NCBI GenBank assembly: GCA_963666205.1
Contig: OY762654.1
Coordinates: 383,899-447,898, forward strand
DNA from: Synergistales bacterium
GTDB taxonomy: Bacteria; Synergistota; Synergistia; Synergistales; JAFGMB01
DNA length: 64,000 nt
Direction of reading: 5' to 3'
Made by a program: the position numbers and the translations under genes. Under the pieces are notes generated by a model. It was not told the DNA's origin. It saw only the letters and a list, made by a program, of their open reading frames with translations, and did not search any database. Shown one piece after another: positions 22,470-32,948 of this stretch. Within the stretch, counting starts at the first letter, position 1, and the number at the start of each line of letters is the position of its first letter.

Positions 22470-24815
22470 TCACCCCCGAAAAACGACAATAACGCTTTTA
22501 ACAGAATTGAGTCTGGCAATTGTAAAATAAAGATGCTCAATATCTTTAACTTCAACTTCTATCTTCATCCGAGCCTGGTTATTACCAACCATGTTGGCTT
22601 TGAGACCAATTATATTGCAGTCTGCAGACATAAGGGCCTGTGCGACATCCGAAAAAAGCCCAGGTCTGTCTATTCCTTCAAGTTTAAGTCTGGAGTGGTA
22701 TTTTTTATTACCATGGTTACCCCAGGATACTTCAATCTTTCTTTCTTCAGTAGAATTAGAAATATTGGGACAGTCAAGTCTATGAACTGTAATACCTCTT
22801 GTCCGAGTAGAATAACCCACAATAGAATCCCCCGGCACAGGGAGACAGCAATTGGCCAAAGTTACCAGGACTCCTTCTGCTCCTTCAACTATAATGTCAG
22901 AATCCTGCTTTGCCTTAAGGGAAGGTTTCAGTTCCTCAACAACGACGTTGGGTGTTTTAGACGCTTTAAAAAGAGATGAGGTAGATCCCAGTTTCTGGGC
23001 CACGTTAGAGGCAGTCTGATTACCTGAACCAAGGGCAAAGAAAAGGTCTTCCGCACCGGAATAGCCTAGATCTCTGGCTACTTTATTCAGATGAGGAGAT
23101 AGGTCTTCAAGCCCTTTATCAAAAGAAGCATCACGCCTCTTGAGGACCTTAAGCAGAAGATCCTGTCCCCTCTCAACTCTCTCTTCTCTCTCAAGTCTGC
23201 TTTGCTGTCTGAAAAAGGATCGGATCTTTCCTCTAGCCTTACTGCTCCTTACAATTTTGAGCCAATCCATTGATGGAGTACCCTGAGGGGAAGTGATGAC
23301 CTTGATGATATCCCCATTGTTTAACTTATAATCCATGGGTACTATCCTGTTATTTACCATAGCCCCAACACATTTATTTCCCACTTCTGTATGAATTGCA
23401 TATGCAAAATCAATAGGTGTTGAATCTCCTGGAAGGGTAACTACCTGACCTTTAGGTGTAAAAACAAAAACTTCTGAACTGAGAACATCCTCTTTTAGTC
23501 TTTCTAGAAATTCAGAGGGTTCACCTTCTTCATGATCGCTTTCAAGAGCCTGTCTGATCCATGTCAGTTTTTCATCAAGTTTGTCCAGTTTGCCCGGTCC
23601 ACCCTTGTATCTCCAGTGTGCAGCAATACCATACTCCGCCAGCCAGTGCATTTCCCATGTCCTTATCTGAACTTCCAGTGGTTCACCTGTAGGACCAACA
23701 ACAGTTGTGTGCAGGGACTGGTACATATTGTTCTTTGGATTAGCGATATAATCATCAAATTGTCCAGGGATAGGATTCCACATTGCGTGAACAATCCCCA
23801 GAACCGTATAGCATTCCGTGACCGATTCTACTACAACACGGAGTGCCAGAAGGTCATATAGTTGTTCTATGGCAAGATGCTTGCGGTTCATTTTTTCGTA
23901 TATACTGTAAAAATGTTTGGCCCTCCCTTTTATCCGAGCCTGTATATCTTCCTTTTTTAATCTTTCCTGAAGCATTTCAAGCGCTATAGTTACGGTCCGT
24001 TCCCTTTCGGGAAGCTTCTGTCTGACTTTCCTTTTAATTTCATAGTACATATCCGGGTCCGAGAATTTAAAGGCCAGATCTTCCAGGCCCCTTTTCACCT
24101 GGTAAATTCCCAAGCGGTGGGCCAGAGGAGCATAAATCTCCAGTGTTTCCTTTGCAATACGCGACTGCTTGTCCTTTCTGAGGGCACTTAGGGTACGCAT
24201 ATTATGAAGTCGATCAGCAAGTTTTATAAGGACAACCCGGATGTCCTTTGCCATTACCAGAAACATTTTTCTTAGGTTTTCAGCCTGATAATCTTCAAAA
24301 GATTTAAATGGAAGTTTTCCTAGTTTCGTTACTCCATCGACCAGGGTAAAAATATCCTGTCCGAATCTTTCTATGATATATTGCGAATCTACTTCTGTAT
24401 CTTCCAGGACATCATGAAGAAGTGCTGCCTGAAGTGTTGGAGAATCCATTTGCATATCTGCAAGGATAGATGCAACGTTCAGACAATGTACTATATAGGG
24501 ATCCCCAGTCGATCGTTTTTGATCTCCATGGCTGTTAGCAGAATAGATGAGAGCTTCCCCCACAGCCATCAGATCCTCTTTAGATAAATATCTGGATATC
24601 TTGGACCAGACCTCATGCCAGGCAAATTTCACAGAAACAGATCTCTGCGATTCAGGGATCCTACCCATAAAACTGTCCCTGAGTTTTTTAAGTTCCTTTT
24701 GAACAACAACCCTGGATCCGGTCTTGAATATCCTATCTTGATGGTCAGTAAAGTACTTATTGCCTTCTTCCAAAAATTTCACCTCTCTGGAATCTGTCCT
24801 GGAATTAATAAACAA
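22470..24815 (-). CDS. relA: Bifunctional (p)ppGpp synthetase/hydrolase (long RSH); start uncertain
   Basis: HD domain (LLHDVLED), [11 protein letters not shown], synthetase YQSLHT/EVQIRT, TGS, CC..H..C ZFD, ACT. Confidence 0.95.
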   Translation of the reverse strand: MFINSRTDSREVKFLEEGNKYFTDHQDRIFKTGSRVVVQKELKKLRDSFMGRIPESQRSVSVKFAWHEVWSKISRYLSKEDLMAVGEALIYSANSHGDQKRSTGDPYIVHCLNVASILADMQMDSPTLQAALLHDVLEDTEVDSQYIIERFGQDIFTLVDGVTKLGKLPFKSFEDYQAENLRKMFLVMAKDIRVVLIKLADRLHNMRTLSALRKDKQSRIAKETLEIYAPLAHRLGIYQVKRGLEDLAFKFSDPDMYYEIKRKVRQKLPERERTVTIALEMLQERLKKEDIQARIKGRAKHFYSIYEKMNRKHLAIEQLYDLLALRVVVESVTECYTVLGIVHAMWNPIPGQFDDYIANPKNNMYQSLHTTVVGPTGEPLEVQIRTWEMHWLAEYGIAAHWRYKGGPGKLDKLDEKLTWIRQALESDHEEGEPSEFLERLKEDVLSSEVFVFTPKGQVVTLPGDSTPIDFAYAIHTEVGNKCVGAMVNNRIVPMDYKLNNGDIIKVITSPQGTPSMDWLKIVRSSKARGKIRSFFRQQSRLEREERVERGQDLLLKVLKRRDASFDKGLEDLSPHLNKVARDLGYSGAEDLFFALGSGNQTASNVAQKLGSTSSLFKASKTPNVVVEELKPSLKAKQDSDIIVEGAEGVLVTLANCCLPVPGDSIVGYSTRTRGITVHRLDCPNISNSTEERKIEVSWGNHGNKKYHSRLKLEGIDRPGLFSDVAQALMSADCNIIGLKANMVGNNQARMKIEVEVKDIEHLYFTIARLNSVKSVIVVFRG

Positions 24816-24853
24816 ACATAACTAAAGGATTTTGATTTACTACCAGGGATGAT

Positions 24854-26518
24854 TCAATCAGGAACCACTACACAATCAAGAATAAACTGCAACCTTGGTT
24901 TACCTCTCCATACATCAAGTCTGGGATGATAAACCCAACCCAGAGGAGAACCATCTTTGAGTTCATCGAGAAGGTCTCTTATATTAAAAGCTAAAATCTC
25001 GGATGATCCCAGAGATATCTTGAAATGTTCTCCACCTCTACCAAGAGAAGTGAATTTCTCAATGCCCTGCCTGGGATGGTAAAAGAAAGGAACAGGATTA
25101 CCCTGTCCAAATGGTCCTAAAAGGGTGAGTTCCTGAAAAACCCTGGAGTTGATATTATCAGGATTAAAGTCCAGAGCATGGATAGAGATATCAGGGGTAA
25201 CAAATAGACATAAATGGTCTTCCAATTTATTCCTTACCAGATCCCAATGCTCAGGAGCAACGGAAAAACCGGCAGCAAATTTATGTCCTCCCCATTCTTG
25301 AAGATAATCGGATACTATGTCAAGAGTTGCAATAGCATCTCCTCCCGTGGGGACCCTTACTGTCCCTCTGATGCTCTTTCTATTGGGGGCTGCCAGGATC
25401 ACAGGCTGACTCCTCATATTGCAGACTTTACTGGCTACTCCGCTGAGAATTCCGATAGGCCATGTTTTTTCAAAGATCACATGGCATGAATCCCTCTCCA
25501 TCACAGAAGATACCTGTTTTGAGATGGTAAGGGACAATTCCTGTCTTTTCCTGTTAAGAATTACAAGTTTTTCCGCAAATCCGGATACAGGCTCTACCCC
25601 TGCAAGAAGGTTAACCGAAGGATCAGCAAGTTCCATTCTGCCTGCTGCATTGAGGCAGGGAATCACCTTCATAGCAAGATGTTCTTCAGTAAGGTAAGAA
25701 CTTGATAAATCAAGTTTTTTTAAAAGCTCCCTGAGACCAGGCCGTGTAAATCGCTTGATCTGATCCAGACCCATGTTAACAATAGACCGGTTAAGTGCGT
25801 TAAGGGGCATACAGTCTGCCACAGTAGCCAAAGCAACAAGATCAAGTCTTTCCATAAGCCAGTCTGTTGGCAAACCACTGTGAAGGAAAGCCCAGGTCCA
25901 TAACACCGCAGTAGCACAAAGTTCTCTGGAACGTGGATCCCCGTCTATCTGTGGATTCACAACAAAAGAAGGAGCACAATAGTCCTCCTCGACCAGATGA
26001 TGATCGAAAACAAAGAGATTAAGTCCCGCCTCACGAGCGTGTAAAAGCATTTCCTTGTCCTTGGAACCACAATCAACAATTACAAGAGTATCACAGCCCG
26101 TCCTGACAAGGTTTTCCAAAACATCCCAGTGGAGTCCATAACCCTGATGATGACGATGGGGAATAAAATATCTGACTTTCGCCCCGACTCTGGCACATAT
26201 TTCCATAGCAAGGACAGTAGCAGAAATACCATCCACATCATAATCACCATAAACAACAACATTTCCAAGAGTTGCGATAGAATTCCACAAATTCCTTGTT
26301 TCAATTGCATTTCTGCCAAGATCAAGACAGGAAAGTATAGAGTTAAGGCTCGGACTTAGCCAGGCCCGAGCCTTTTCTATATTTCCCATATCTGCAAGTC
26401 CTCTCATTTCGAGGATAGATGCAACAAGTACAGAACATTGGAGTTGTTGGGAGATTTCTAAAGTACTTTCCTTTGGCTCAAAGAGGCAGAGTTCAGATCT
26501 TCGACAGAAAGATGTCAA
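24854..26518 (-). CDS. recJ: ssDNA-specific exonuclease RecJ (DHH family)
   Basis: GDYDVDG, VDCG, DHH, ATVAD, NAAGR, GGHKFAAG. Confidence 0.88.
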   Translation of the reverse strand: MTSFCRRSELCLFEPKESTLEISQQLQCSVLVASILEMRGLADMGNIEKARAWLSPSLNSILSCLDLGRNAIETRNLWNSIATLGNVVVYGDYDVDGISATVLAMEICARVGAKVRYFIPHRHHQGYGLHWDVLENLVRTGCDTLVIVDCGSKDKEMLLHAREAGLNLFVFDHHLVEEDYCAPSFVVNPQIDGDPRSRELCATAVLWTWAFLHSGLPTDWLMERLDLVALATVADCMPLNALNRSIVNMGLDQIKRFTRPGLRELLKKLDLSSSYLTEEHLAMKVIPCLNAAGRMELADPSVNLLAGVEPVSGFAEKLVILNRKRQELSLTISKQVSSVMERDSCHVIFEKTWPIGILSGVASKVCNMRSQPVILAAPNRKSIRGTVRVPTGGDAIATLDIVSDYLQEWGGHKFAAGFSVAPEHWDLVRNKLEDHLCLFVTPDISIHALDFNPDNINSRVFQELTLLGPFGQGNPVPFFYHPRQGIEKFTSLGRGGEHFKISLGSSEILAFNIRDLLDELKDGSPLGWVYHPRLDVWRGKPRLQFILDCVVVPD

Positions 26519-27084
26519 TTGTCAACTTTTCCCTCATCCTCAAGTTCTTCCTCAAGGGTAAGATCTGTGCCTTCATCTACTTCAGCGTTATCTCCTTCGC
26601 ATGGCTCACATGATATATCGCGCAGTTCGGACTCTTCCGAAACCATGGTCCCTTCCGAACAGGACTCCGTCGAGAAATCAGCTGATGGTTCCACATAATC
26701 GCGTACATCCTGTTCCCATTTTGCTGGGCCCTTTGCGGGTTCGTCCTGGGCTGGAATCTCAAAGTCCGATCCTGTTCTCTTGAGAGCTATCATAAGGGAT
26801 TTCCGTTCATCCCTAAGAACAGATAAATCTTCTTCAAGTTCTGTAAGACGTGTTTTCTGATCCTTTACTATTCCGGTATACCTATTACGGTTCTCTACAA
26901 TTGCTGAGAGGGATATAATCCACATAACAACACAGCCTAAGGCAAATAGCGCTATCTCCCACACTCCCTGGGGGAGAACTCTTTCCCAGGTAAGGAACCT
27001 TACAACCACTTCTCCCTTGTTCTGAAAAGCATAAATAGCAGCTAAAAGCATGGTAAAAGATATTCCTAATCCATAACTCCTCAT
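26515..27084 (-). CDS. LapA/DUF1049-like membrane protein with coiled coil and acidic tail
   Basis: AFQN..V.VRFL.W motif flanked by two TM helices, then coiled coil and D/E-rich C-terminus; RBS AGGAGG. Confidence 0.7.
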   Translation of the reverse strand: MRSYGLGISFTMLLAAIYAFQNKGEVVVRFLTWERVLPQGVWEIALFALGCVVMWIISLSAIVENRNRYTGIVKDQKTRLTELEEDLSVLRDERKSLMIALKRTGSDFEIPAQDEPAKGPAKWEQDVRDYVEPSADFSTESCSEGTMVSEESELRDISCEPCEGDNAEVDEGTDLTLEEELEDEGKVDN

Positions 27085-27205
27085 TGATAACCCTCCTAGC
27101 CAGAATCATATTCTAAAAAAACGAAACTACAGACAACGTGGCCTGATCAGAATGAAACACCTATATTCCAATGATGACAATAGTTTTGCGAAGATGCAAG
27201 AGATA

Positions 27206-27466
27206 TCATTGATGGTTCAGAAAAGTACCATTTTCGGCTTCGACCGATAGTATTGATGTAAGCTTTTTAATTTCTGAACTGATACAGCTTATCATCTCTT
27301 TCCTTTTTTCATGAACATCCTGATCAATATCGGAAAGTATGGCTCTGAATTCTGAGTCGCTGAGAAGTCCTTTCTTCACCAATCCGGATAAACGTTTGCG
27401 GCAGATCTCAACTGCAGAATCTCCCACTGCAAGACCTTCTGCTATCATCCTCAAAATGGGTTCCAT
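27206..27466 (-). CDS. Small helical hypothetical protein, weakly phasin/COG3937-like
   Basis: 86 aa, purine-rich RBS; LVKKGLLSDSE resembles the LVKKGELS.EE motif. Confidence 0.55.
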   Translation of the reverse strand: MEPILRMIAEGLAVGDSAVEICRKRLSGLVKKGLLSDSEFRAILSDIDQDVHEKRKEMISCISSEIKKLTSILSVEAENGTFLNHQ

Positions 27467-27545
27467 TATCCATCCCCCTTAAACTGTATTCCAGACATTA
27501 TTGTAATACTGCTGTATCTTTTCGTAAACCACAGTATGGCATACT

Positions 27546-27568
27546 AAAAAGGGAGCCATGAGGCTCCC
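27546..27568 (-). terminator. Intrinsic terminator after secF
   Basis: GGGAGCC-N4-GGCTCCC followed by T5 on minus strand. Confidence 0.8.
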
Positions 27569-27635
27569 TGGAGGTATATAAAGAAAAGAGAAGGAGGTTG
27601 ATCAGGCTAAAACCAGGGGACGAAAGGTCGGCAAA

Positions 27636-28511
27636 CTATCTGGATGAAGACCTTTCATACCACTCAGAAAGAAGCGATCCTGCGATATAGATGGAACTGT
27701 ATGTGCCAACGACTATTCCTATAAGCAATGCGAAAGAGAAATTCGCAAGAACAGGTCCACCAAGTAAGAAGAAAGCCATTACCGGAAGAAATGTGGTTAT
27801 CGAAGTATTCATGGTTCTAGACAGGGTCTGGTTCAGAGAAACGTTGAGAAGTTTCACTATTCCCCATGGCTTAAGATTTTTCCAGTTCTCCCTGACTCTG
27901 TCAAGAACAACGATAGTATCATTTAGAGAATAGCCTACGATCGTAAGTATAGCAGCAATGAAAGGTAGGGAAACTTCCATACCTGTGAGACTGAAAACCC
28001 CGAGAGTTATAAGGGAATCGTGCATTAAGGCTAAAACACTTACCACAGCAAAGCGGAACTGGAAACGTACAGTTATATATCCCAGGATACCCAACAAAGC
28101 CATACAAACCGCTATAAAAGCCTCTTTGCGAAGTTGTTCTCCGACAACAGGCCCGACTTTTTCGAATCTAAGCAATTCCACATCAGGATATTTCTCTCTT
28201 ATTGCCTGGAGTACTTCTTTTCTTACAGTCTCTTCCTGGGCATTGAGGCGAATCATAAATCCGTCATTACTGTAAGACTGAATAACAGCTTGAGACTGAC
28301 CTACATCCGAAAGGATATCCCTGAGATCACTGACCTCAACCGCAGTTGAAAACTTCAATTGCATGAGGTTCCCGCCAACAAAGTCTATACCAAGGTTAAG
28401 TCCCCTGGTAAACAAAAGCAGAATACTTGCCAACAGAAGAATTCCACTAAAGATCAAGGCTTTCCTGCGAAATTTCATAAAATCTAGATTAATTGAAGAT
28501 AAGCTGAACAT
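27636..28511 (-). CDS. secF: Protein translocase subunit SecF
   Basis: GLNLGIDFVGG, VGPVVG, GYSLNDTIVVLDRVRE, GTYSSIYIA. Confidence 0.97.
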   Translation of the reverse strand: MFSLSSINLDFMKFRRKALIFSGILLLASILLLFTRGLNLGIDFVGGNLMQLKFSTAVEVSDLRDILSDVGQSQAVIQSYSNDGFMIRLNAQEETVRKEVLQAIREKYPDVELLRFEKVGPVVGEQLRKEAFIAVCMALLGILGYITVRFQFRFAVVSVLALMHDSLITLGVFSLTGMEVSLPFIAAILTIVGYSLNDTIVVLDRVRENWKNLKPWGIVKLLNVSLNQTLSRTMNTSITTFLPVMAFFLLGGPVLANFSFALLIGIVVGTYSSIYIAGSLLSEWYERSSSR

Positions 28512-28527
28512 GAAAAGACCTCCTCAG

Positions 28528-29922
28528 TTATCCGCGACGTGTAAGAGAGGGAATTCTTGTCCCGCTCATCAGTACCTGGAGCAAAGCTCTTGTAACAACA
28601 ACAGCAGTAAATACACTTGCTAAAATACCAAGACTAAGAGTGACAGCAAATCCTCTAACAGGACCACTACCAAAATAATACAGAACACCAGCAGCAATAA
28701 GGGTAGTTATGTTGGCATCAAGAATCGTCGTTAATGCCTTTCGGAATCCTGAATCGATAGAAGCATGAGGCGTCTTTCCCGAACGGAACTCTTCTTTAAC
28801 TCTCTCGTAAATAAGTATATTCCCGTCGACTGCCATTCCGATAGTAAGGATGATACCTGCAATACCTGGAAGTGTCAGTGTCGCTCTCAGGCTTATCAGA
28901 CCTGCAAACACAAGAAGAAGAGCAACTGCAAGGGCCGAGTCTGCAGCAATTCCAAGAACGTGGTAGTAGACAAGCATGAACAGAATGACAAGGACCGCTC
29001 CAATTATACCGGCTCTAAGTCCCTGCTTTATTGAATCCGCACCAAGAGACGGACCAACGGAACGGTTCTCCAGTACTTCTACTGCCACTGGAAGGGCACC
29101 CGCCCTCAACATTATAGCTAAGCGCTGGGCCTCCGGAACTGAGAATCTGCCGGAAATCTGTGCATTACCTCCACTTATTCTTTCCTGTACAACCGGAGCT
29201 GAAACCACTACTCCGTCAAGGACAATGGCCAACTGTTCACCAACAGATTCGGAAGTCGCCTTATCAAAGAGTTTGGCTCCTTCGTTGTTAAATGCTATGG
29301 TGACAACAGGCCTGCCCAGATTATCATACTGTGTACCTGCATTTTTCAGGTCTTTACCGGTGACGTATGGAGTTCCAAGAAGATAGTATTTTTCATCTTC
29401 ATCTCTTGAAAGGAGAAGTCCCTTTCCCTTATCAGCTTCAGCCTGAAGTTCGTTTTTTATCGTTAATATCTGTTGCTTTGCTTCTTCCCACCTGGAAAGG
29501 GCACTGTTATACTCCTCATCGCTATCATAATTGGGCCTCTGTGGGCCAGGAGGAACAGCAGGAGTCCCCTTAAGAACTTTCCTGAACTCCAGAAGGGCCG
29601 TCTTGCCTATGAGTTCAAGAGCCGCTTCTGGATCTTCAACTCCGGGAAGATCCACTATTACTCTATCCTTACCCTGTCTCTGGATCAGGGGTTCCGATAC
29701 ACCATACTGGTCAATACGGTTCCTTAAAACAGCAAGAAGCCTTTCTATACTATCTTCCGTAAGGGGATTTGTATCTGTTCCCTTGGCTTGAAGAACAATA
29801 TGGGCTCCACCCTTAAGGTCCAGACCCAGATTGATCCTACCCTTTATTGGAAAAACAGATACAACTGCTACTATAACAACCAATGCTACCAAGAGAAGCC
29901 GCCAACGGTCTCTTTTCTGCAT
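28528..29922 (-). CDS. secD: Protein translocase subunit SecD
   Basis: LGLDLKGG, GVSEP, VGPSLG, GMAVDGNILIYER; start moved to ATG 29922 (29928 possible) behind AAGGAGGT. Confidence 0.96.
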   Translation of the reverse strand: MQKRDRWRLLLVALVVIVAVVSVFPIKGRINLGLDLKGGAHIVLQAKGTDTNPLTEDSIERLLAVLRNRIDQYGVSEPLIQRQGKDRVIVDLPGVEDPEAALELIGKTALLEFRKVLKGTPAVPPGPQRPNYDSDEEYNSALSRWEEAKQQILTIKNELQAEADKGKGLLLSRDEDEKYYLLGTPYVTGKDLKNAGTQYDNLGRPVVTIAFNNEGAKLFDKATSESVGEQLAIVLDGVVVSAPVVQERISGGNAQISGRFSVPEAQRLAIMLRAGALPVAVEVLENRSVGPSLGADSIKQGLRAGIIGAVLVILFMLVYYHVLGIAADSALAVALLLVFAGLISLRATLTLPGIAGIILTIGMAVDGNILIYERVKEEFRSGKTPHASIDSGFRKALTTILDANITTLIAAGVLYYFGSGPVRGFAVTLSLGILASVFTAVVVTRALLQVLMSGTRIPSLTRRG

Positions 29923-30030
29923 CTGCATATACCTCCTTAACCGAATTATTCCCACAAAATCACAGTCTGTGATCTGAAAGTTCAAACAGGAAAGTCAAAT
30001 AATAAAACCGAAAAAAAAGATAAAAAATAG

Positions 30031-30061
30031 AAAAAGGAGCGGACGCACATGCATCCACTCC
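30031..30061 (-). terminator. Intrinsic terminator between yajC and secD
   Basis: GGAGTGGATGC-ATGT-GCGTCCGCTCC-TTTTT on minus strand, followed by more T-tracts. Confidence 0.75.
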
Positions 30062-30088
30062 AAGATGTTTAGCACCGGAGCAGACTAA

Positions 30089-30439
30089 CTATTCCTCATC
30101 AGTTTTCACACCATTATCTTCGACTGGAGCACCCATTTCTTTTGCTTCCGGGGCAGACGCTCTCTTGTTAGCGATAGAACCTTTAAGGACTCTCGCTTTC
30201 ACACCATCTGCAATCTCGATAATCAAACTGTCATCCTTGACTTCTCTTACTATGCCCCAGAATCCTCCCGCGGTAACTACCTGATCTCCTCTACCAAGGG
30301 AAGCGATCAATTCATCGTGCTGTTTCTGTTTCTTTTTCTGGGGACGAATGATGAAAAAATAGAAAATCAGCACAAATATTGCTAATGGGAAAAGCATACC
30401 CACCAAGCTACCCTGACCACCAGTCTGCAAGAACACCAT
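30089..30439 (-). CDS. yajC: Preprotein translocase subunit YajC
   Basis: FYFFIIRPQKK, GDQVVTAGG. Confidence 0.95.
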   Translation of the reverse strand: MVFLQTGGQGSLVGMLFPLAIFVLIFYFFIIRPQKKKQKQHDELIASLGRGDQVVTAGGFWGIVREVKDDSLIIEIADGVKARVLKGSIANKRASAPEAKEMGAPVEDNGVKTDEE

Positions 30440-30512
30440 CTCCTTCTTCTATACTTTTCCTTCTGTCACAGGACATTCTAACATGATACCTTAAAAGGTA
30501 TAAACCCCAATC

Positions 30513-31145
30513 TTACTTTTTTTTCTCTTCCTCTTTGAGATAAAACAATAGCTTTTCAAGTTCCACAGAGATATCAACGCTTGTAACAAGGACATCAGGC
30601 GGAGTAACAATGGATATGGGAGAAAAGTTGAGGATTCCCTTGACACAACCGCTACTTACAATGGAATCAACACAACTCTGTGCTGCACTCGAAGGAACTG
30701 CAAGAATAACTACCTCTATCCTGTCCATGCAGATAATTTTCGCAGCATCGTCTATGTTATGGCATTCTACTCCGTAAAAGACCTTGCCGACCTTTGACTT
30801 GTCATTATCAAATAGAGCACTTATCTCGACCTTGTCATTTCGAAGGGCTCCATAACCAAGCAATGCACTTCCAAGATGACCGACTCCGATAAGTCCCAGT
30901 TTCCACTTTCTGGGCGGAGAAAGGATCTCATCAATATGTTTGTAGAGCTTTTCGACATGATAGCCCACACCGCGTTTCCCGATTTCACCAAAATATGAAA
31001 GATCTTTCCTTACCTGACTGGCCTTAAAAGCGAGGGATTCCCCGATCTCCTGGGATGAAACAACTTTTTGCCCTTCCATGTACAAACGCTCGAGCAGCCT
31101 GTGATACTGTACCAGTCTTCCCACAGTTGGTTCAGCAATTTTCAT
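30513..31145 (-). CDS. rex: Redox-sensing transcriptional repressor Rex
   Basis: RL..Y.R, QVRKDLSYFG, GKRGVGY, Rossmann GVGHLG, ILNFSP. Confidence 0.96.
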   Translation of the reverse strand: MKIAEPTVGRLVQYHRLLERLYMEGQKVVSSQEIGESLAFKASQVRKDLSYFGEIGKRGVGYHVEKLYKHIDEILSPPRKWKLGLIGVGHLGSALLGYGALRNDKVEISALFDNDKSKVGKVFYGVECHNIDDAAKIICMDRIEVVILAVPSSAAQSCVDSIVSSGCVKGILNFSPISIVTPPDVLVTSVDISVELEKLLFYLKEEEKKK

Positions 31146-31268
31146 TTAAGCCTGCTTTCCTGAAGCACAATGACTTCATAATAATATGTAAACCTAAAGA
31201 CTGGACCAGTCTCAAACCTCAGTCTCCCGCAACTTTTATGCTGATAGCTCCCAAGAGGTCAGTATGAT

Positions 31269-32558
31269 TTATCTGGAACATTTTATTCGGGATAAACCGG
31301 AATAGGGAGCAACTTCAAATGCCTCTTCCTCTATCCTTAGTAACTGATTGTATTTGGCCACTCTATCAACTCGAGCTGGAGCCCCGCTTTTTATCTGACC
31401 AGCAGATGTGGCAACACTCAGGTCGCTGATAAAGGTATCAGAAGTTTCCCCGGATCTATGGGATATTATCGTTCCAAGACCGTTGGATCTGGCTATATCG
31501 ATCACTTCCAACGTTTCTGTAAGAGTACCTATCTGGTTGAGCTTTATCAGGATAGCATTGGCCGACCTGTCATTTATCCCTCTGCGAAGTCTTTCCGGAT
31601 TTGTAACGAAAAGATCGTCACCTACTATCTGGATCTTACTCCCAAGTTTCTGGAGCAATCCTCCCCAACCTTCCCAATCTTCCTCTGACATGCCGTCTTC
31701 TATTGAAATAACCGGATATCTACTGCATAGATCCGTATAATAATCCATAAGTTCCAGTGATGAAAAGGTTTTCTGTTCTCCTTTAAAAATATAATTGCCA
31801 TCTTTAAAGATCTCAGTAGCAGCTACATCCAGACCAAGACTTATATCCTCTCCAGGAACATAGCCGGCTTTTTCTATTGCAGAAATAATGATGTCAATAG
31901 CTTCTCTGTTAGTTTTCAGATGAGGGGCAAAACCTCCCTCATCTCCCAGAGCAGTATTCAGTCCCTTTTGGATTAAAATTGTTTTTAATGCGTGATAAGT
32001 CTCCGTACCCATTCTCAGTGCTTCTGAAAAACATTCGGCACCATGGGGAATGATCATAAACTCCTGGATATCGAGATTATTGTCCGCATGTTTACCTCCA
32101 TTAATAACATTCATCATGGGAGTAGGAAGAGCAAATGGACCAAGCCCCCCGATGTAGGACCATAAGGGCATTTCATATTCCTTTGCTGCAGCTCTTGCAA
32201 CAGCAAGGGAGACTCCTAAAATAGCATTGGCACCCAGATTCCCCTTGTTATGTGTACCATCAAGTTCGATCATAACTCGGTCAATATATTTCTGCTCTCC
32301 TGCTTCGAGACCGATTATTTCAGGAGCTATTCTGTCATTCACATTCCGAACAGCAGAACGAACTCCCTTACCCATATACCTGTCATCTCCATCTCTTAAC
32401 TCCACTGCTTCAAAAGAACCGGTAGAAGCCCCAGATGGTACTGATGCTGTAGCTACTATTCCACTCTCCAGCCATACTTCACTTTCAAGTGTGGGATTAC
32501 CCCGAGAATCCAGTATTTCCCTTGCATGAATTCCTATAATTGAACTCAATCCGCTCAT
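31269..32558 (-). CDS. eno: Enolase
   Basis: [40 protein letters not shown]. Confidence 0.98.
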   Translation of the reverse strand: MSGLSSIIGIHAREILDSRGNPTLESEVWLESGIVATASVPSGASTGSFEAVELRDGDDRYMGKGVRSAVRNVNDRIAPEIIGLEAGEQKYIDRVMIELDGTHNKGNLGANAILGVSLAVARAAAKEYEMPLWSYIGGLGPFALPTPMMNVINGGKHADNNLDIQEFMIIPHGAECFSEALRMGTETYHALKTILIQKGLNTALGDEGGFAPHLKTNREAIDIIISAIEKAGYVPGEDISLGLDVAATEIFKDGNYIFKGEQKTFSSLELMDYYTDLCSRYPVISIEDGMSEEDWEGWGGLLQKLGSKIQIVGDDLFVTNPERLRRGINDRSANAILIKLNQIGTLTETLEVIDIARSNGLGTIISHRSGETSDTFISDLSVATSAGQIKSGAPARVDRVAKYNQLLRIEEEAFEVAPYSGLSRIKCSR

Positions 32559-32597
32559 CTCCTTTTCAACAGAAAGGACCTGACCCTTTGTACCCTC

Positions 32598-32873
32598 TTA
32601 CCAGGGCCGTTCTTCCGGATTAACTCTTTTTTCTTCAATCAATCTGTATGGAACTGCATCTCTTCTTTTAAGAAGAACATCATCCGCTGTTAAAGCTTCT
32701 ATGGCAATGACTCGGCAAGTGTATGCAACCTCTACGATGTCACCTTCTTTAACAATACTTGAAGGCTTTACCTGCCGTTTATTAATTCTCACTGCTCCTA
32801 CTGATATCATTTCCTGGGCTACCGACCTTCTTTTGACTAGTCTGGCAAGCTTAAGGAATTTATCTATTCTCAT
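32598..32873 (-). CDS. S4-domain RNA-binding protein (YabO/RqcP/Hsp15-like)
   Basis: MRIDKFLKLARLVKRRSVAQE..G.V.IN....KPS..VKEGD; start at ATG 32873 behind GGAGG. Confidence 0.9.
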   Translation of the reverse strand: MRIDKFLKLARLVKRRSVAQEMISVGAVRINKRQVKPSSIVKEGDIVEVAYTCRVIAIEALTADDVLLKRRDAVPYRLIEEKRVNPEERPW

Positions 32874-32948
32874 CTTTGTGCCTCCATACACAAGCAACAG
32901 AGAGAGTATATCAAATTAACTTCCTTCTTTTCAACAAAGGGATGGATG

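Noticed and set aside
31146..31268. Rex operator upstream of rex (also checked eno and the aldolase)
   Set aside because: No TTGTGAA-N4-TTCACAA-like palindrome found
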